Both the position numbers and the translations under genes were made by a program. A stretch of DNA of 64,000 bases from an uncultured Eubacteriales bacterium (GTDB lineage Bacteria; Bacillota; Clostridia; Christensenellales; CAG-314), in NCBI GenBank assembly GCA_900544545.1, contig UQVY01000003.1, positions 81,655 through 145,654 of the forward strand. Direction: 5' to 3'. The notes under the pieces were generated by a model. That model was not told where the DNA came from. It searched no databases and worked only from the letters and a program-made list of their open reading frames with translations. This document shows, one piece after another, positions 9,116 to 17,598 of this stretch; position 1 is the stretch's first letter; each line of letters begins with the position of its first letter.

Positions 9116-10591
9116 ATGGAAAAGACGATAAAAAGCAGCTACCGCGGAAGAATGAAAGAGCGCGAGTTCACGGTCAACGCGAGGATTCTTGCCCGACGGG
9201 ACGATCTTGCGGAGGTGCTTGCCTCTTCTGCGGACGTAACCGAAACGCGCGTGCGCAGAGAGGGCGGAGAAATGACTCTTTCGGGCAGAATAAACGTAAG
9301 GGTGCTTTGTATAGACGAAGAAAGGAAGCCCGTCGCGCTCAACTACAACGTAGATTACGACGAAAGTTTCGAAGCCGATGAAATCGGAGAGGACGCGCGA
9401 GTAGCCGCTACCGTGAGCGTAGAGGAAATGACCGTACGGATTCTCGGCGGAAGGGAGGCGGAAATAACTCTTCGCTGCAAGGCTCGGGGCGAGGTCTGCC
9501 GCGATTACGAAACGACTGCGGAGGAAATGCCCGAAGGCGTGATTACCAAGACCGAGAGCGTGAGCGTCGGACGGATTTCCGCTCGGAGCGAGAACCGCTT
9601 TACGGTTACCCACGAAACTCCTCTTCCTGCGGGAGAAACTCTGCTTCAGACCGACGCCGGCGCGATAATAACGGGAGCCTCTGTAAGCGACGAAGTTCTG
9701 ACTCTTTCGGGGAAGGTGTTTTTCCGTCCGGTTTATATGACCGAAGAGGGCTTGCCGCGCGCGACTCTCACGGCTGTTCCCTTTACGGAGGAGATTGAAG
9801 CCAAGGGATTCTCGGGCGGAACACCTCTTGCCGAGGTAAAGGTAACCGACCTCCGCGTCAGGATAACCGAGGAGGAAGGCGCGTCTTTTCTGAACGCCGA
9901 ATTCACTCTGAGCGCGACGGCGACCGATTTTGTCCTGCAATCCGAAGAATGCGTAAAAGACTGTTACAGCACGGATTACGAGCTTATAAAAACCGAAGCC
10001 GAGATTATCGGCGCGGTTTACAAGGGAATGACTTTAGCCGAGGTCGGTTTCGGCGGAAACGTTCCCTGCGACGAGCCTGCGGCGAGAGTATTGGGGCTTT
10101 TCGACACGGGAGCCTCGGGAATAACCGCGGAGGCGGGCGAGGGTACGGTTCAGCTCTCGGGAATGGTTACGGGAAGCTTCGTTTATCTCGACGCGGACGA
10201 TAAGATTCGTTCGCAGACCTTTGCTTTGCCCTTTGCCGCGCTGGTAAGCGTCCCCGAATGCACGGAAAGGTCCGAAGTGACCGCCGACGCTCTCGTAACC
10301 GACGCCGCCGTCAGGAGAAACGGCTCGGGAGCCGACGTCGCGGGTACGATAACGGTAACGCTCAACGCAGTGAGCAACGAAAAGCGCCGCATAATCGGAA
10401 GCGTGCTTCTCGGCGAGAAGAAAGAGCCGTCGGGTGCGGCGATAGAAGCCGTGATAGCCGAAGCGGGCGAAGACGCGTGGTCTGTGGGGAAGGCTCTGAA
10501 TATGCGTCCCGAGGAGGTCCTCGAACTCAATCCCCGACTTTCCGAGCCTCTTTCCGAGCCGACGAGAATCGTAGTCTACCACAAGCTCTGA
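9116..10591 (+). CDS. SipL-like / DUF3794-type repeat protein with C-terminal LysM-like domain (tentative)
   Basis: Long acidic beta-rich protein whose C-terminal ~45 aa resemble LysM (WSVGKALNMRPEEVLELNP...IVVYH). The start moves to 9116 because it has a GAGGTG RBS, whereas the ATG at 9086 overlaps a TATAAT box. Confidence 0.55.
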   Translation: MEKTIKSSYRGRMKEREFTVNARILARRDDLAEVLASSADVTETRVRREGGEMTLSGRINVRVLCIDEERKPVALNYNVDYDESFEADEIGEDARVAATVSVEEMTVRILGGREAEITLRCKARGEVCRDYETTAEEMPEGVITKTESVSVGRISARSENRFTVTHETPLPAGETLLQTDAGAIITGASVSDEVLTLSGKVFFRPVYMTEEGLPRATLTAVPFTEEIEAKGFSGGTPLAEVKVTDLRVRITEEEGASFLNAEFTLSATATDFVLQSEECVKDCYSTDYELIKTEAEIIGAVYKGMTLAEVGFGGNVPCDEPAARVLGLFDTGASGITAEAGEGTVQLSGMVTGSFVYLDADDKIRSQTFALPFAALVSVPECTERSEVTADALVTDAAVRRNGSGADVAGTITVTLNAVSNEKRRIIGSVLLGEKKEPSGAAIEAVIAEAGEDAWSVGKALNMRPEEVLELNPRLSEPLSEPTRIVVYHKL

Positions 10592-10766
10592 TTCGGCTTA
10601 TTAGTCGTAATTTTCGACCGATTTACGATGATTTCCGATTCGGCTTATAATAATCTCCGACTCCGTTTATCCGTTATAAGCTCTGAATTCCGCGGGTTTT
10701 TCCGAGCGGCGACTACGGGGTTTTCTCTGCGGAGGAGTCTTTTCTGCGGACTTTTTCCGAAGCGAT

Positions 10767-13700
10767 TTATCTTTCCGGACGCGCGGCGGTGTCGAAATGC
10801 GGACAGATTTCGGCGTAGTCGCAGAATTCGCAGGCGTTTTCGACGGGCGAGGGTGCCGAATGTCCCTTATAGCAGGCTTTGACGGCGTTTTCGTACATTT
10901 TTAGGGTATATTCCTCGAACTTTTTAAGCGTATCCTCCGAAACGACGGCGGCTTTCCTTTTGAGCTGACCGTCGTTTTTCTTTTCTATGCCGAGTTTAAG
11001 GCTTTTACCCTTGACTCGGAGGTCGTTGTCGATGGCTTCGGCGGTTTCCGCGTCGTCGACGGTGAGTCCCGACCAGCAGAAGGATTTGTCCTCCTCGCTG
11101 CGGTACTTGTCGTTGAGCTTCATATAATACAGCCCGGCGACCTCGAATTGCTCCGAGAGTGCGGTAATATAGGTCGTGAGCTGAAGTTTCGTTCCCATAA
11201 AGAGGGCCTTGTCGCTGAAATCCGCGCTTCCCGTCTTATAATCGACGACCACGGCTTTGTTCCCGAAGACGTCCGTTCTGTCGATGATACCGGTGATTCG
11301 GGTTTTTCCGTATTCGGTTCCGACGAGGACGTTCCCGAATCGTCTTTCGAGGTATGCGGGTTTGAAGTCCGAACGTTCTGTCTGTTCGATAGCTGCTCTG
11401 AGGGCTGCCGAGCATTCGGCTTTTAGTCTGCGGAGGAGGGAAGCATTTTTCTCTTTTGCGAGGAAGGAGCGTATATAATCGTCCGATTCCACGGCTCGGT
11501 CGAAGATGATTTCGCTTCTTCGGGCGGTCTGTTCGGGCGTTTCGGAGAAGTCGGGGTTCCTGACGAATGGTAAAAGTCCCTTTTCGAGGACCTCGTGGAC
11601 GAGCGTTCCGATAAGGGCCGCCGAAGGGTCCTCGTCCTTCTGCCGCGGTTTAAGACCGACCTCGTAGCGAAGGAAGTGTTTCAGCGGACAGGAGTAATAG
11701 CTTTCGACGCGGCTCGCACTCATTTCGGAGAGCTTGTCCGTCGTCGGTTCGGGGAGGTCCGCGTAATCGGGCGGCGGCGGCGTAAGAAGCTCTTCCGCGG
11801 GCGGTTTCCCCGTGAGGTAATAAAGCGGCGAGGCGTCTTTTACGGGGAGGTCGTAGGACATAGAGTCGGAGAGGATTTCGAGGAGGGTGTTTTTTGCCGA
11901 CGCGAGGTTCATATAGCGTTCGGGTTTGCGGTAGAACCTTGTATATACCGGCGCGGGATAGCCGTTTTCTCCTACGAAGATTCTGACGAGGCTTTTCACG
12001 CATACCGACGGAGAGAGGATTTTGCCGCCGATTGGCGAAAGGGAAGCGTAGCTTATGCGGAGCGTCCGGTATTTTTCGAGGAAGAGCTGATATATATCGA
12101 AGCGTTCGCGCTGATTGAGGGTTCTGACCGACGGACGGATATCCGCGCCTGCGCGGGCGAGAATTTCGAGGTTTTCGTCCGAAAGCAGTCCCGAGTCGCT
12201 TTTTATTATGGGGAAAACCTCGTCGTTCGCTCCGAGAACGGCTACGTGCCCGTAATTATGTCTTCTTGCCTTGGCCATTTCTATGAATTCCACGGTATTT
12301 CGGGTTATGGGGAGAACGGAGAGGTCCGCGGCTTCCATTCCCTTCGACAGGATTTCCGAAAAGATTTTAAGTCCGACTTCGGTTTCTCCGAGGAACTCTT
12401 CTATCGAATCCAGAATTTCCGTAAGTTTTTCGACGGCTCTTTCCGTGCGGTAATAATACGGTAAGAAGTCGTTTTCCTTAAGCGTCCGCGAGAGTATTCC
12501 GGTGCGTTCTTCGGCGTTGCAAAGGGAAACGAGCCTTCTTGCGGCTTGCGTATAAAGAGAGGCTGCCGCGGTTTTGGGGAGGGGTTCACCCGCGAGGCGA
12601 AGGAACTCTTTTCTTATGCGTTCGGCCCGGACGTAATTCTCCGAATCCTTCTCGTAAGCGAAGGGTTTTTCGGTTATGCGGCAGTTATATTTCTCGACGT
12701 AATTCCTGAACGCGCAAAGGTCGTCGTAGTCCGCCGCGAAGTAGAAGTTTTCGGCGAAGGACGCGATTCTGTCGACGGAGGGAGTGTCCTCCGAAAGGCG
12801 GAAAAACGACGTAACGAACTGACCGAGGGGCGTTGCGAGAAGGGAGGATTTTCTTTCGAGGAAGTAGGGTATCCCGTAGGAAGGGAAAACCGCGTCTATC
12901 GAAGCAGAGTATCGTTTCGCGTCGCTTAAAATCACCGTAAAGTCCCCGAATTTCGCGCCTTTCGCGACCATATCCGATATGTATCTCGCGAGTCCTCTTA
13001 CCTCGTCCGAGGGCGACGAGCCGTTATAAAGGAAGAATTTCTTCGGGAGTTTCCGCGGCTTTTCGGGAACGAGCGCGCTCATAAGGTATTTTTGAAGATA
13101 AGCCGTGTCCTCGTCGGTAACGTTTCCGATTTCTATATCGAAGTTTTCGGGCTTGAGTTTGTTTTTGTCTATGAGTTTTGCGGCGATGCTTCTGACCGAC
13201 GAAAAGACCTCGTTGAGGTACAGGCTGCAATGCGAGCTTTCGTCCGAGAATGTCGAGGAAACGGTTACGGATTTTGAAAAGAGGACGAGCTTTTCGACGA
13301 TTTCCGTTTCCTGCGCGGAGAAGTTATCGAAGTCCTTGAAATAGAAATGAGCGTTCGCGACCGTATCCGAATAAGGTATAGCCGCAGAGAGCGAAGAGAG
13401 CTTGTCCGAGCTGTCCGAATAGCCCTTTCCGAGATAATCGAGATAGAGCTTATAGACCGTGCGTATATCGGCGATTTTTCCGCGCAGGCGTTCGGGGAGC
13501 TTTTCGGGGATAATGTTTTCGGGCTTTACGAGGGAATAACGGAGCTGATTTATGACGTCGCGTAGAGAGCGCACGAGGCCGTAGGTTATTCCGCCTCCGG
13601 TGAGGGTAGGGATATCCTTTCTGTTTTCGGTTATAAGTCGCGTGAGGATAAGTACGCAGTTCTCGCCGCCGACGTAAGCCGAGAGGGGAACGATTCTCGA

Positions 13701-13907
13701 CGCGAACCTTCTGAAAGTCGTAACCTGTACGTTGAGGCAGGTTCCCAGAGCTTTAAGGAGTTCCTCTTCGGCTGTGAGAGTATACCTGTCGGGGACTACG
13801 AGCATACGGATTTCGCTCAGGTCGGATTTATCGGCGGCTTTGATTTTCGAAATAAGAGCGTCGTTTGCTCCGTCGAACGTCGGGTGCGCAATAAGAGTAA
13901 GCTTCAT
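10767..13907 (-). CDS. addB: ATP-dependent helicase/nuclease subunit B, RexB type
   Basis: C-terminal PD-(D/E)xK nuclease (GIIDRTD...VVDYKTG) and iron-sulfur Cys cluster (C..CEFCDYAEIC). There is no N-terminal Walker A, as in RexB. The start is set at MKLTLIAH, which has GGAGG 5 nt upstream; the 15 upstream codons of the ORF overlap the promoter. Confidence 0.85.
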   Translation of the reverse strand: MKLTLIAHPTFDGANDALISKIKAADKSDLSEIRMLVVPDRYTLTAEEELLKALGTCLNVQVTTFRRFASRIVPLSAYVGGENCVLILTRLITENRKDIPTLTGGGITYGLVRSLRDVINQLRYSLVKPENIIPEKLPERLRGKIADIRTVYKLYLDYLGKGYSDSSDKLSSLSAAIPYSDTVANAHFYFKDFDNFSAQETEIVEKLVLFSKSVTVSSTFSDESSHCSLYLNEVFSSVRSIAAKLIDKNKLKPENFDIEIGNVTDEDTAYLQKYLMSALVPEKPRKLPKKFFLYNGSSPSDEVRGLARYISDMVAKGAKFGDFTVILSDAKRYSASIDAVFPSYGIPYFLERKSSLLATPLGQFVTSFFRLSEDTPSVDRIASFAENFYFAADYDDLCAFRNYVEKYNCRITEKPFAYEKDSENYVRAERIRKEFLRLAGEPLPKTAAASLYTQAARRLVSLCNAEERTGILSRTLKENDFLPYYYRTERAVEKLTEILDSIEEFLGETEVGLKIFSEILSKGMEAADLSVLPITRNTVEFIEMAKARRHNYGHVAVLGANDEVFPIIKSDSGLLSDENLEILARAGADIRPSVRTLNQRERFDIYQLFLEKYRTLRISYASLSPIGGKILSPSVCVKSLVRIFVGENGYPAPVYTRFYRKPERYMNLASAKNTLLEILSDSMSYDLPVKDASPLYYLTGKPPAEELLTPPPPDYADLPEPTTDKLSEMSASRVESYYSCPLKHFLRYEVGLKPRQKDEDPSAALIGTLVHEVLEKGLLPFVRNPDFSETPEQTARRSEIIFDRAVESDDYIRSFLAKEKNASLLRRLKAECSAALRAAIEQTERSDFKPAYLERRFGNVLVGTEYGKTRITGIIDRTDVFGNKAVVVDYKTGSADFSDKALFMGTKLQLTTYITALSEQFEVAGLYYMKLNDKYRSEEDKSFCWSGLTVDDAETAEAIDNDLRVKGKSLKLGIEKKNDGQLKRKAAVVSEDTLKKFEEYTLKMYENAVKACYKGHSAPSPVENACEFCDYAEICPHFDTAARPER

Positions 13908-13923
13908 ATCGACCTCCGTTTTC

Positions 13924-13952
13924 ATTATACCACCTTTTCTCTTTTTAATCAA
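13924..13952 (-). promoter_or_regulatory. sigma-70-like promoter for addB
   Basis: On the minus strand: TTGATT - 17 nt - TGgTATAAT, about 15 nt upstream of the GGAGG RBS. Confidence 0.55.
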
Positions 13953-14042
13953 GCCGCCCGCGCCCGTAAAAAGTCCGTTCTCTCCGACCTCCGATTGCGG
14001 GAAAGTCCTCCGGTTCGATAAATCCGCTTTTAATTCCGCAAC

Positions 14043-14102
14043 AGTCCCATTTCCGCGCAGTTTTTCCGAAGTAGTCCCCTTTCTGCGCAGTTTTTCCGAA
14101 AG
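14043..14102. repeat. 2 x 30-bp tandem repeat downstream of murG
   Basis: AGTCCCATTTCCGCGCAGTTTTTCCGAAGT / AGTCCCCTTTCTGCGCAGTTTTTCCGAAAG, 26/30 identical by eye. Confidence 0.9.
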
Positions 14103-14130
14103 AGCCGATTCCGACGTTCCTTTTTCGTGT

Positions 14131-15174
14131 TCAGGACAGTCTGTTTTCGATATAGTCGAGCATAACGGAGTCGTGCGGAACCGCGGATGCGATGTTTCTT
14201 TTGATTTCGTTGCGGCTGAGGAAGACTTTTTCGGTTTGATTTTTGAGGGAAAGCGGAGTAAGGTCCCGTTCGAAGAGGATTTTCGCGCAGCCCTTTTTCT
14301 CGTAGGAGAGGGCGTTTTTGACCTGTTCTCCGCGGCTTCCCGATTCGAGCGGAATGAGCAGCGAAGGTATTCCGTTTGCCATAAGCTCGGAAAGAGTGTT
14401 GCTTCCGGCTCTCGAAACCGCGACGTCCGCGCAGGCGTAATAATCTCCTATGCGGTCGGCGAATTCCGTCTGAAACAATCCTTCTCCCTTCCCTGCGACG
14501 GCTTTGTTTTTCCCCGTGAGAGCAATGACGTTGAAGTTTTCGGTAAGATATCCGAGCGAACCCGAAAGAGCCTCGTTGATTTTTTCCGAGCCGGACGAGC
14601 CGCCGAGAACGAGAAGTACTGGCTTTTTTTTCGCGAAATTACATTTCCCGAGGACCTCCGACGCGTTCCCGAAGACCTCCCGTCTGAGCGGAGGCGCGCA
14701 GAGGACGCCTTTTTTACCGGCTTTTTCGGCTGCATAAGGAAAGACCGCGAACATCTTTTCCACGAATGGTAGGCTGAGCCTGTTGGCGAGTCCGAGGGAA
14801 TAATCGCTCTCGTGCGCCACGCAGGGAATTTTGAGTCCGTGCGCCGCGATTACCACGGGAAGTCCGCCGTATCCTCCCTTGGAAACCACGAGGTCGGGCT
14901 TATAGAGCGAAAGAACGGCTCTGCAGCTTCCGACCGCGCGTCTGAAATTCACGGGCAGCTTAAAAAGCTCCGCCGAGATTTTCCGTCGGAATTTGACTCC
15001 GGCGAATTCCGAATAAGCCAGACCTTTTCCGATAAACGGGCGGAGAATGCGTCTTTCGAGGCCGCCGACGCCGAGGTAATAGAGGGAATATCTCCCGATA
15101 AGTCTTTGAATGAGAGCGACGTTGGGCGTAACGTGTCCCGCCGTACCTCCGCCGCAAAACAGTATTTTTTTCAT
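14131..15174 (-). CDS. murG: UDP-N-acetylglucosamine--N-acetylmuramyl-(pentapeptide) pyrophosphoryl-undecaprenol GlcNAc transferase
   Basis: MKKILFCGGGTAGHVTPNVAL N-terminal G-loop and C-terminal SRAGSNTLSEL. GAGGAAAA RBS before the ATG at 15174. Confidence 0.9.
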   Translation of the reverse strand: MKKILFCGGGTAGHVTPNVALIQRLIGRYSLYYLGVGGLERRILRPFIGKGLAYSEFAGVKFRRKISAELFKLPVNFRRAVGSCRAVLSLYKPDLVVSKGGYGGLPVVIAAHGLKIPCVAHESDYSLGLANRLSLPFVEKMFAVFPYAAEKAGKKGVLCAPPLRREVFGNASEVLGKCNFAKKKPVLLVLGGSSGSEKINEALSGSLGYLTENFNVIALTGKNKAVAGKGEGLFQTEFADRIGDYYACADVAVSRAGSNTLSELMANGIPSLLIPLESGSRGEQVKNALSYEKKGCAKILFERDLTPLSLKNQTEKVFLSRNEIKRNIASAVPHDSVMLDYIENRLS

Positions 15175-15189
15175 AGATTTTCCTCGTTT

Positions 15190-15323
15190 TTGCAATAAAT
15201 TGACGTTTTTTTGCAATAATCCGACATTCTTTTTGTAACAATCGGACGTTCTCTTTGTAACAATTTGACATTTTTTTGCAACAATCCGACATTCTTTTTT
15301 TCAATAATCCGACATTCTTCTTT
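15190..15323. repeat. six ~22-bp tandem direct repeats in the murG / serine hydrolase divergent intergenic region
   Basis: The units are TTGCAATAAATTGACGTTTTT, TTGCAATAATCCGACATTCTTT, TTGTAACAATCGGACGTTCTCT, TTGTAACAATTTGACATTTTT, TTGCAACAATCCGACATTCTTTTTT and TCAATAATCCGACATTCTTCTTT. Confidence 0.9.
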
Positions 15324-15460
15324 ATTATTATACGCAACGGCTTCCTAAAAAACCGTCCTTACGGGCGATAATCCGAAGATTTACGGGTAAATTATAGAGG
15401 CTTAATGAGGAAGAAAAATAAAGGTTTTATAAGTAAAAGCGGAAAAAACGGTGAAAACGC

Positions 15461-15488
15461 TTGATAAAATTCCGTAAATATGTAAAAT
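15461..15488 (+). promoter_or_regulatory. sigma-70-like promoter for the serine hydrolase gene
   Basis: TTGATA - 16 nt - TAAAAT. Confidence 0.45.
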
Positions 15489-15528
15489 ATCAGGTGTAAG
15501 TTATTTTTTTGTGTGAGGTCTTTATCCT

Positions 15529-17349
15529 ATGGACATAAAATCTTCCTCGAATCTCGTGCGGCTGCTTCTGAGCATAGCCGATAAAAAGAGCGCGACCAAT
15601 ACGGTCATAGAAACTCCCCCGCAGAAGGTTCTGCTCACGCCCGAAAGGAAAGCCGACGGCGAAACCGATCTTCCCGTAACTCTTCCCGAGGCGGTCGGAG
15701 TGAATTCGGGGAGGATAAAGGCTTATTTCGACGCTCTGACGAAGGACGGGACGGTTTTTCCGCACAGCGTTCTTATAGCCAAAGGCGGTTTCGAGATAGG
15801 GAGGAAGGAATGGGGACCTTATTCGGCTTCGAGGTGGCATATAAGCTATTCTATGGCAAAGACCATCGTCGGAATAGCCGTGGGTTTTCTTCTTCGCGAG
15901 GAAAGAATAACGCTCGATACGCGCGTTTTCAAAATATTCGAAAAGAAGCTTCCGCTCACCGTGAATTTCAAGATGTACGCGCTTACCGTCAGGAATCTTC
16001 TGACTATGCAGTCGGGAGTCAACTTCAACGAAGCCGGTTCGGTCAGCAGCAGCAACTGGATTTCCTCGTTCCTGTCCTCGCAGATATCCTTCGAGCCGGG
16101 GAAGGGCTTCAATTACAACAGTATGAATACCTATATGCTCTCTGCGATAGTCCGCGAGGTTACGGGCGAAGGACTCGTGGAATACCTTACTCCGCGGCTA
16201 TTCGATCCACTCGGAATAAAGCGTATTTTCTGGGAAAAGAGTCCCGACGGCGTGGAAAAGGGCGGCTGGGGATTGTTTATTCTGCCCAAGGATATGCTTA
16301 AACTGGGTGTGCTTTTCGCGCAGAGAGGAATGTGGGGAGGGGAGCGTATAGTTCTTCCCGAATGGATCGACGAAATGAGCGCGAAGCAGGCTGAGGTTCC
16401 GGAAAACGTTTCGAGGTACGACTACGGCTATCAGATGTGGCATTCGGACGAGCCGGAGCAGTGTGTTTTCAACGGGCTTTTCGGTCAGAACATCAATATT
16501 TTTAAAAAAAGCGGAATAGTCGTCGCAAGCACCGCGGGAAACTGCGATATGTTCCACACCAACAACTTCTTCCGTATAACCGAGGAATTCTGGGGCTACT
16601 CGGAAAAGCTCTGCGACGAGGAGCAGAAGCTTCCCGACGGACTTCAGGTCTACGACCGAACCGAGAGGTTTTATACGGGCAAGCCCTTTGACGGAGAAGG
16701 TTATCCCGAAAAACTGAACGCCTTCGTCGGCGCGGTATATACGGTCCGCTCGCGGAAAGCCAAAAACACGGGCGTTCTTCCATTGTTTATGCAGATGACT
16801 CAGAACAACTACACTTCAGGCGTCGAAAAAATCGGTTTTGCGGTAAAGGACGGGATTTTCACGGTCGATTTCACCGAAGGCGAAGAGAAATTCGGGATTC
16901 CGGTGTGTTTCGGAAGGAATAAGGACTCGGTTTTCAGGTTCGGCGGCGAGATTTATTCGATAGCGACCGAAGGAGTTCTGACCGAGAACGAAGACGGCGT
17001 GCCCTGCTTGAAAATCCGCATAAGCTTCACGGAAACGGCATCCGTGCGGTATATCAAGTTCTTTTTCTACGAGCGCGAGATACGGACGTACTGGAACGAA
17101 ACTCCGGGCGCGCTTTTCCTCGACAAGGGGCTTGTGAGCGTGCTTGCGGGCTTCCGAAAGAACAAGCTTTTCGGCGGGGTCGCGGGGAAGGTGGACGTCG
17201 AGTATTTTTCCGAGCAGTTCCGCAAGCTTTTCGAGTCGGAGGCGGACGGCGTGATGGAAAACGGCGGCGAGCCGCGGCGTTTTGCCGGCTCCAGTCGCGA
17301 AGAGCTGTACAATCAGGACGCCTTTCCCGAGCTTCTGAACGGCGATTAA
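15529..17349 (+). CDS. serine hydrolase, beta-lactamase/PBP4*-like family with extra C-terminal domain
   Basis: S-x-x-K motif (YSMAKTIVG) and general class C beta-lactamase-like N-terminal half. The ~250-aa C-terminal region was not recognised. Confidence 0.7.
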   Translation: MDIKSSSNLVRLLLSIADKKSATNTVIETPPQKVLLTPERKADGETDLPVTLPEAVGVNSGRIKAYFDALTKDGTVFPHSVLIAKGGFEIGRKEWGPYSASRWHISYSMAKTIVGIAVGFLLREERITLDTRVFKIFEKKLPLTVNFKMYALTVRNLLTMQSGVNFNEAGSVSSSNWISSFLSSQISFEPGKGFNYNSMNTYMLSAIVREVTGEGLVEYLTPRLFDPLGIKRIFWEKSPDGVEKGGWGLFILPKDMLKLGVLFAQRGMWGGERIVLPEWIDEMSAKQAEVPENVSRYDYGYQMWHSDEPEQCVFNGLFGQNINIFKKSGIVVASTAGNCDMFHTNNFFRITEEFWGYSEKLCDEEQKLPDGLQVYDRTERFYTGKPFDGEGYPEKLNAFVGAVYTVRSRKAKNTGVLPLFMQMTQNNYTSGVEKIGFAVKDGIFTVDFTEGEEKFGIPVCFGRNKDSVFRFGGEIYSIATEGVLTENEDGVPCLKIRISFTETASVRYIKFFFYEREIRTYWNETPGALFLDKGLVSVLAGFRKNKLFGGVAGKVDVEYFSEQFRKLFESEADGVMENGGEPRRFAGSSREELYNQDAFPELLNGD

Positions 17350-17458
17350 GGCATAGTGAAAGTAAGGTGAAAACGGAGTAATTCCGGAGTCCGTTTCGGG
17401 ATATTCAAGTGATAACGAAGTTAAACCGCGGCTCAGGCTCAGCAAATAAAAATAAATC

Positions 17459-17492
17459 AAAGCTTATAAACGTATGTTATTTATAAGCTTTA
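17459..17492. terminator. AT-rich hairpin between convergent genes (possible bidirectional terminator)
   Basis: AAGCTTATAAA cgtatgtta TTTATAAGCTT. Flanked by A/T-rich sequence rather than clean T runs. Confidence 0.4.
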
Positions 17493-17598
17493 TTCATATT
17501 TATTTAACGATAAGTTCATCGAAAAATCAAAATTTTTAGTCGATTTTCGTTGTTTTTTTGCGTATTTTTTGTGTGCAATTCCGACTCTTGTGTTGAAT

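Noticed and set aside
15190-15323. Possible CRISPR array (regular ~22-bp repeats). The same question applies to 43581-43695.
   Set aside because: The units abut one another with no unique spacers, they are degenerate and too short, and no cas genes are present. These are plain tandem repeats.
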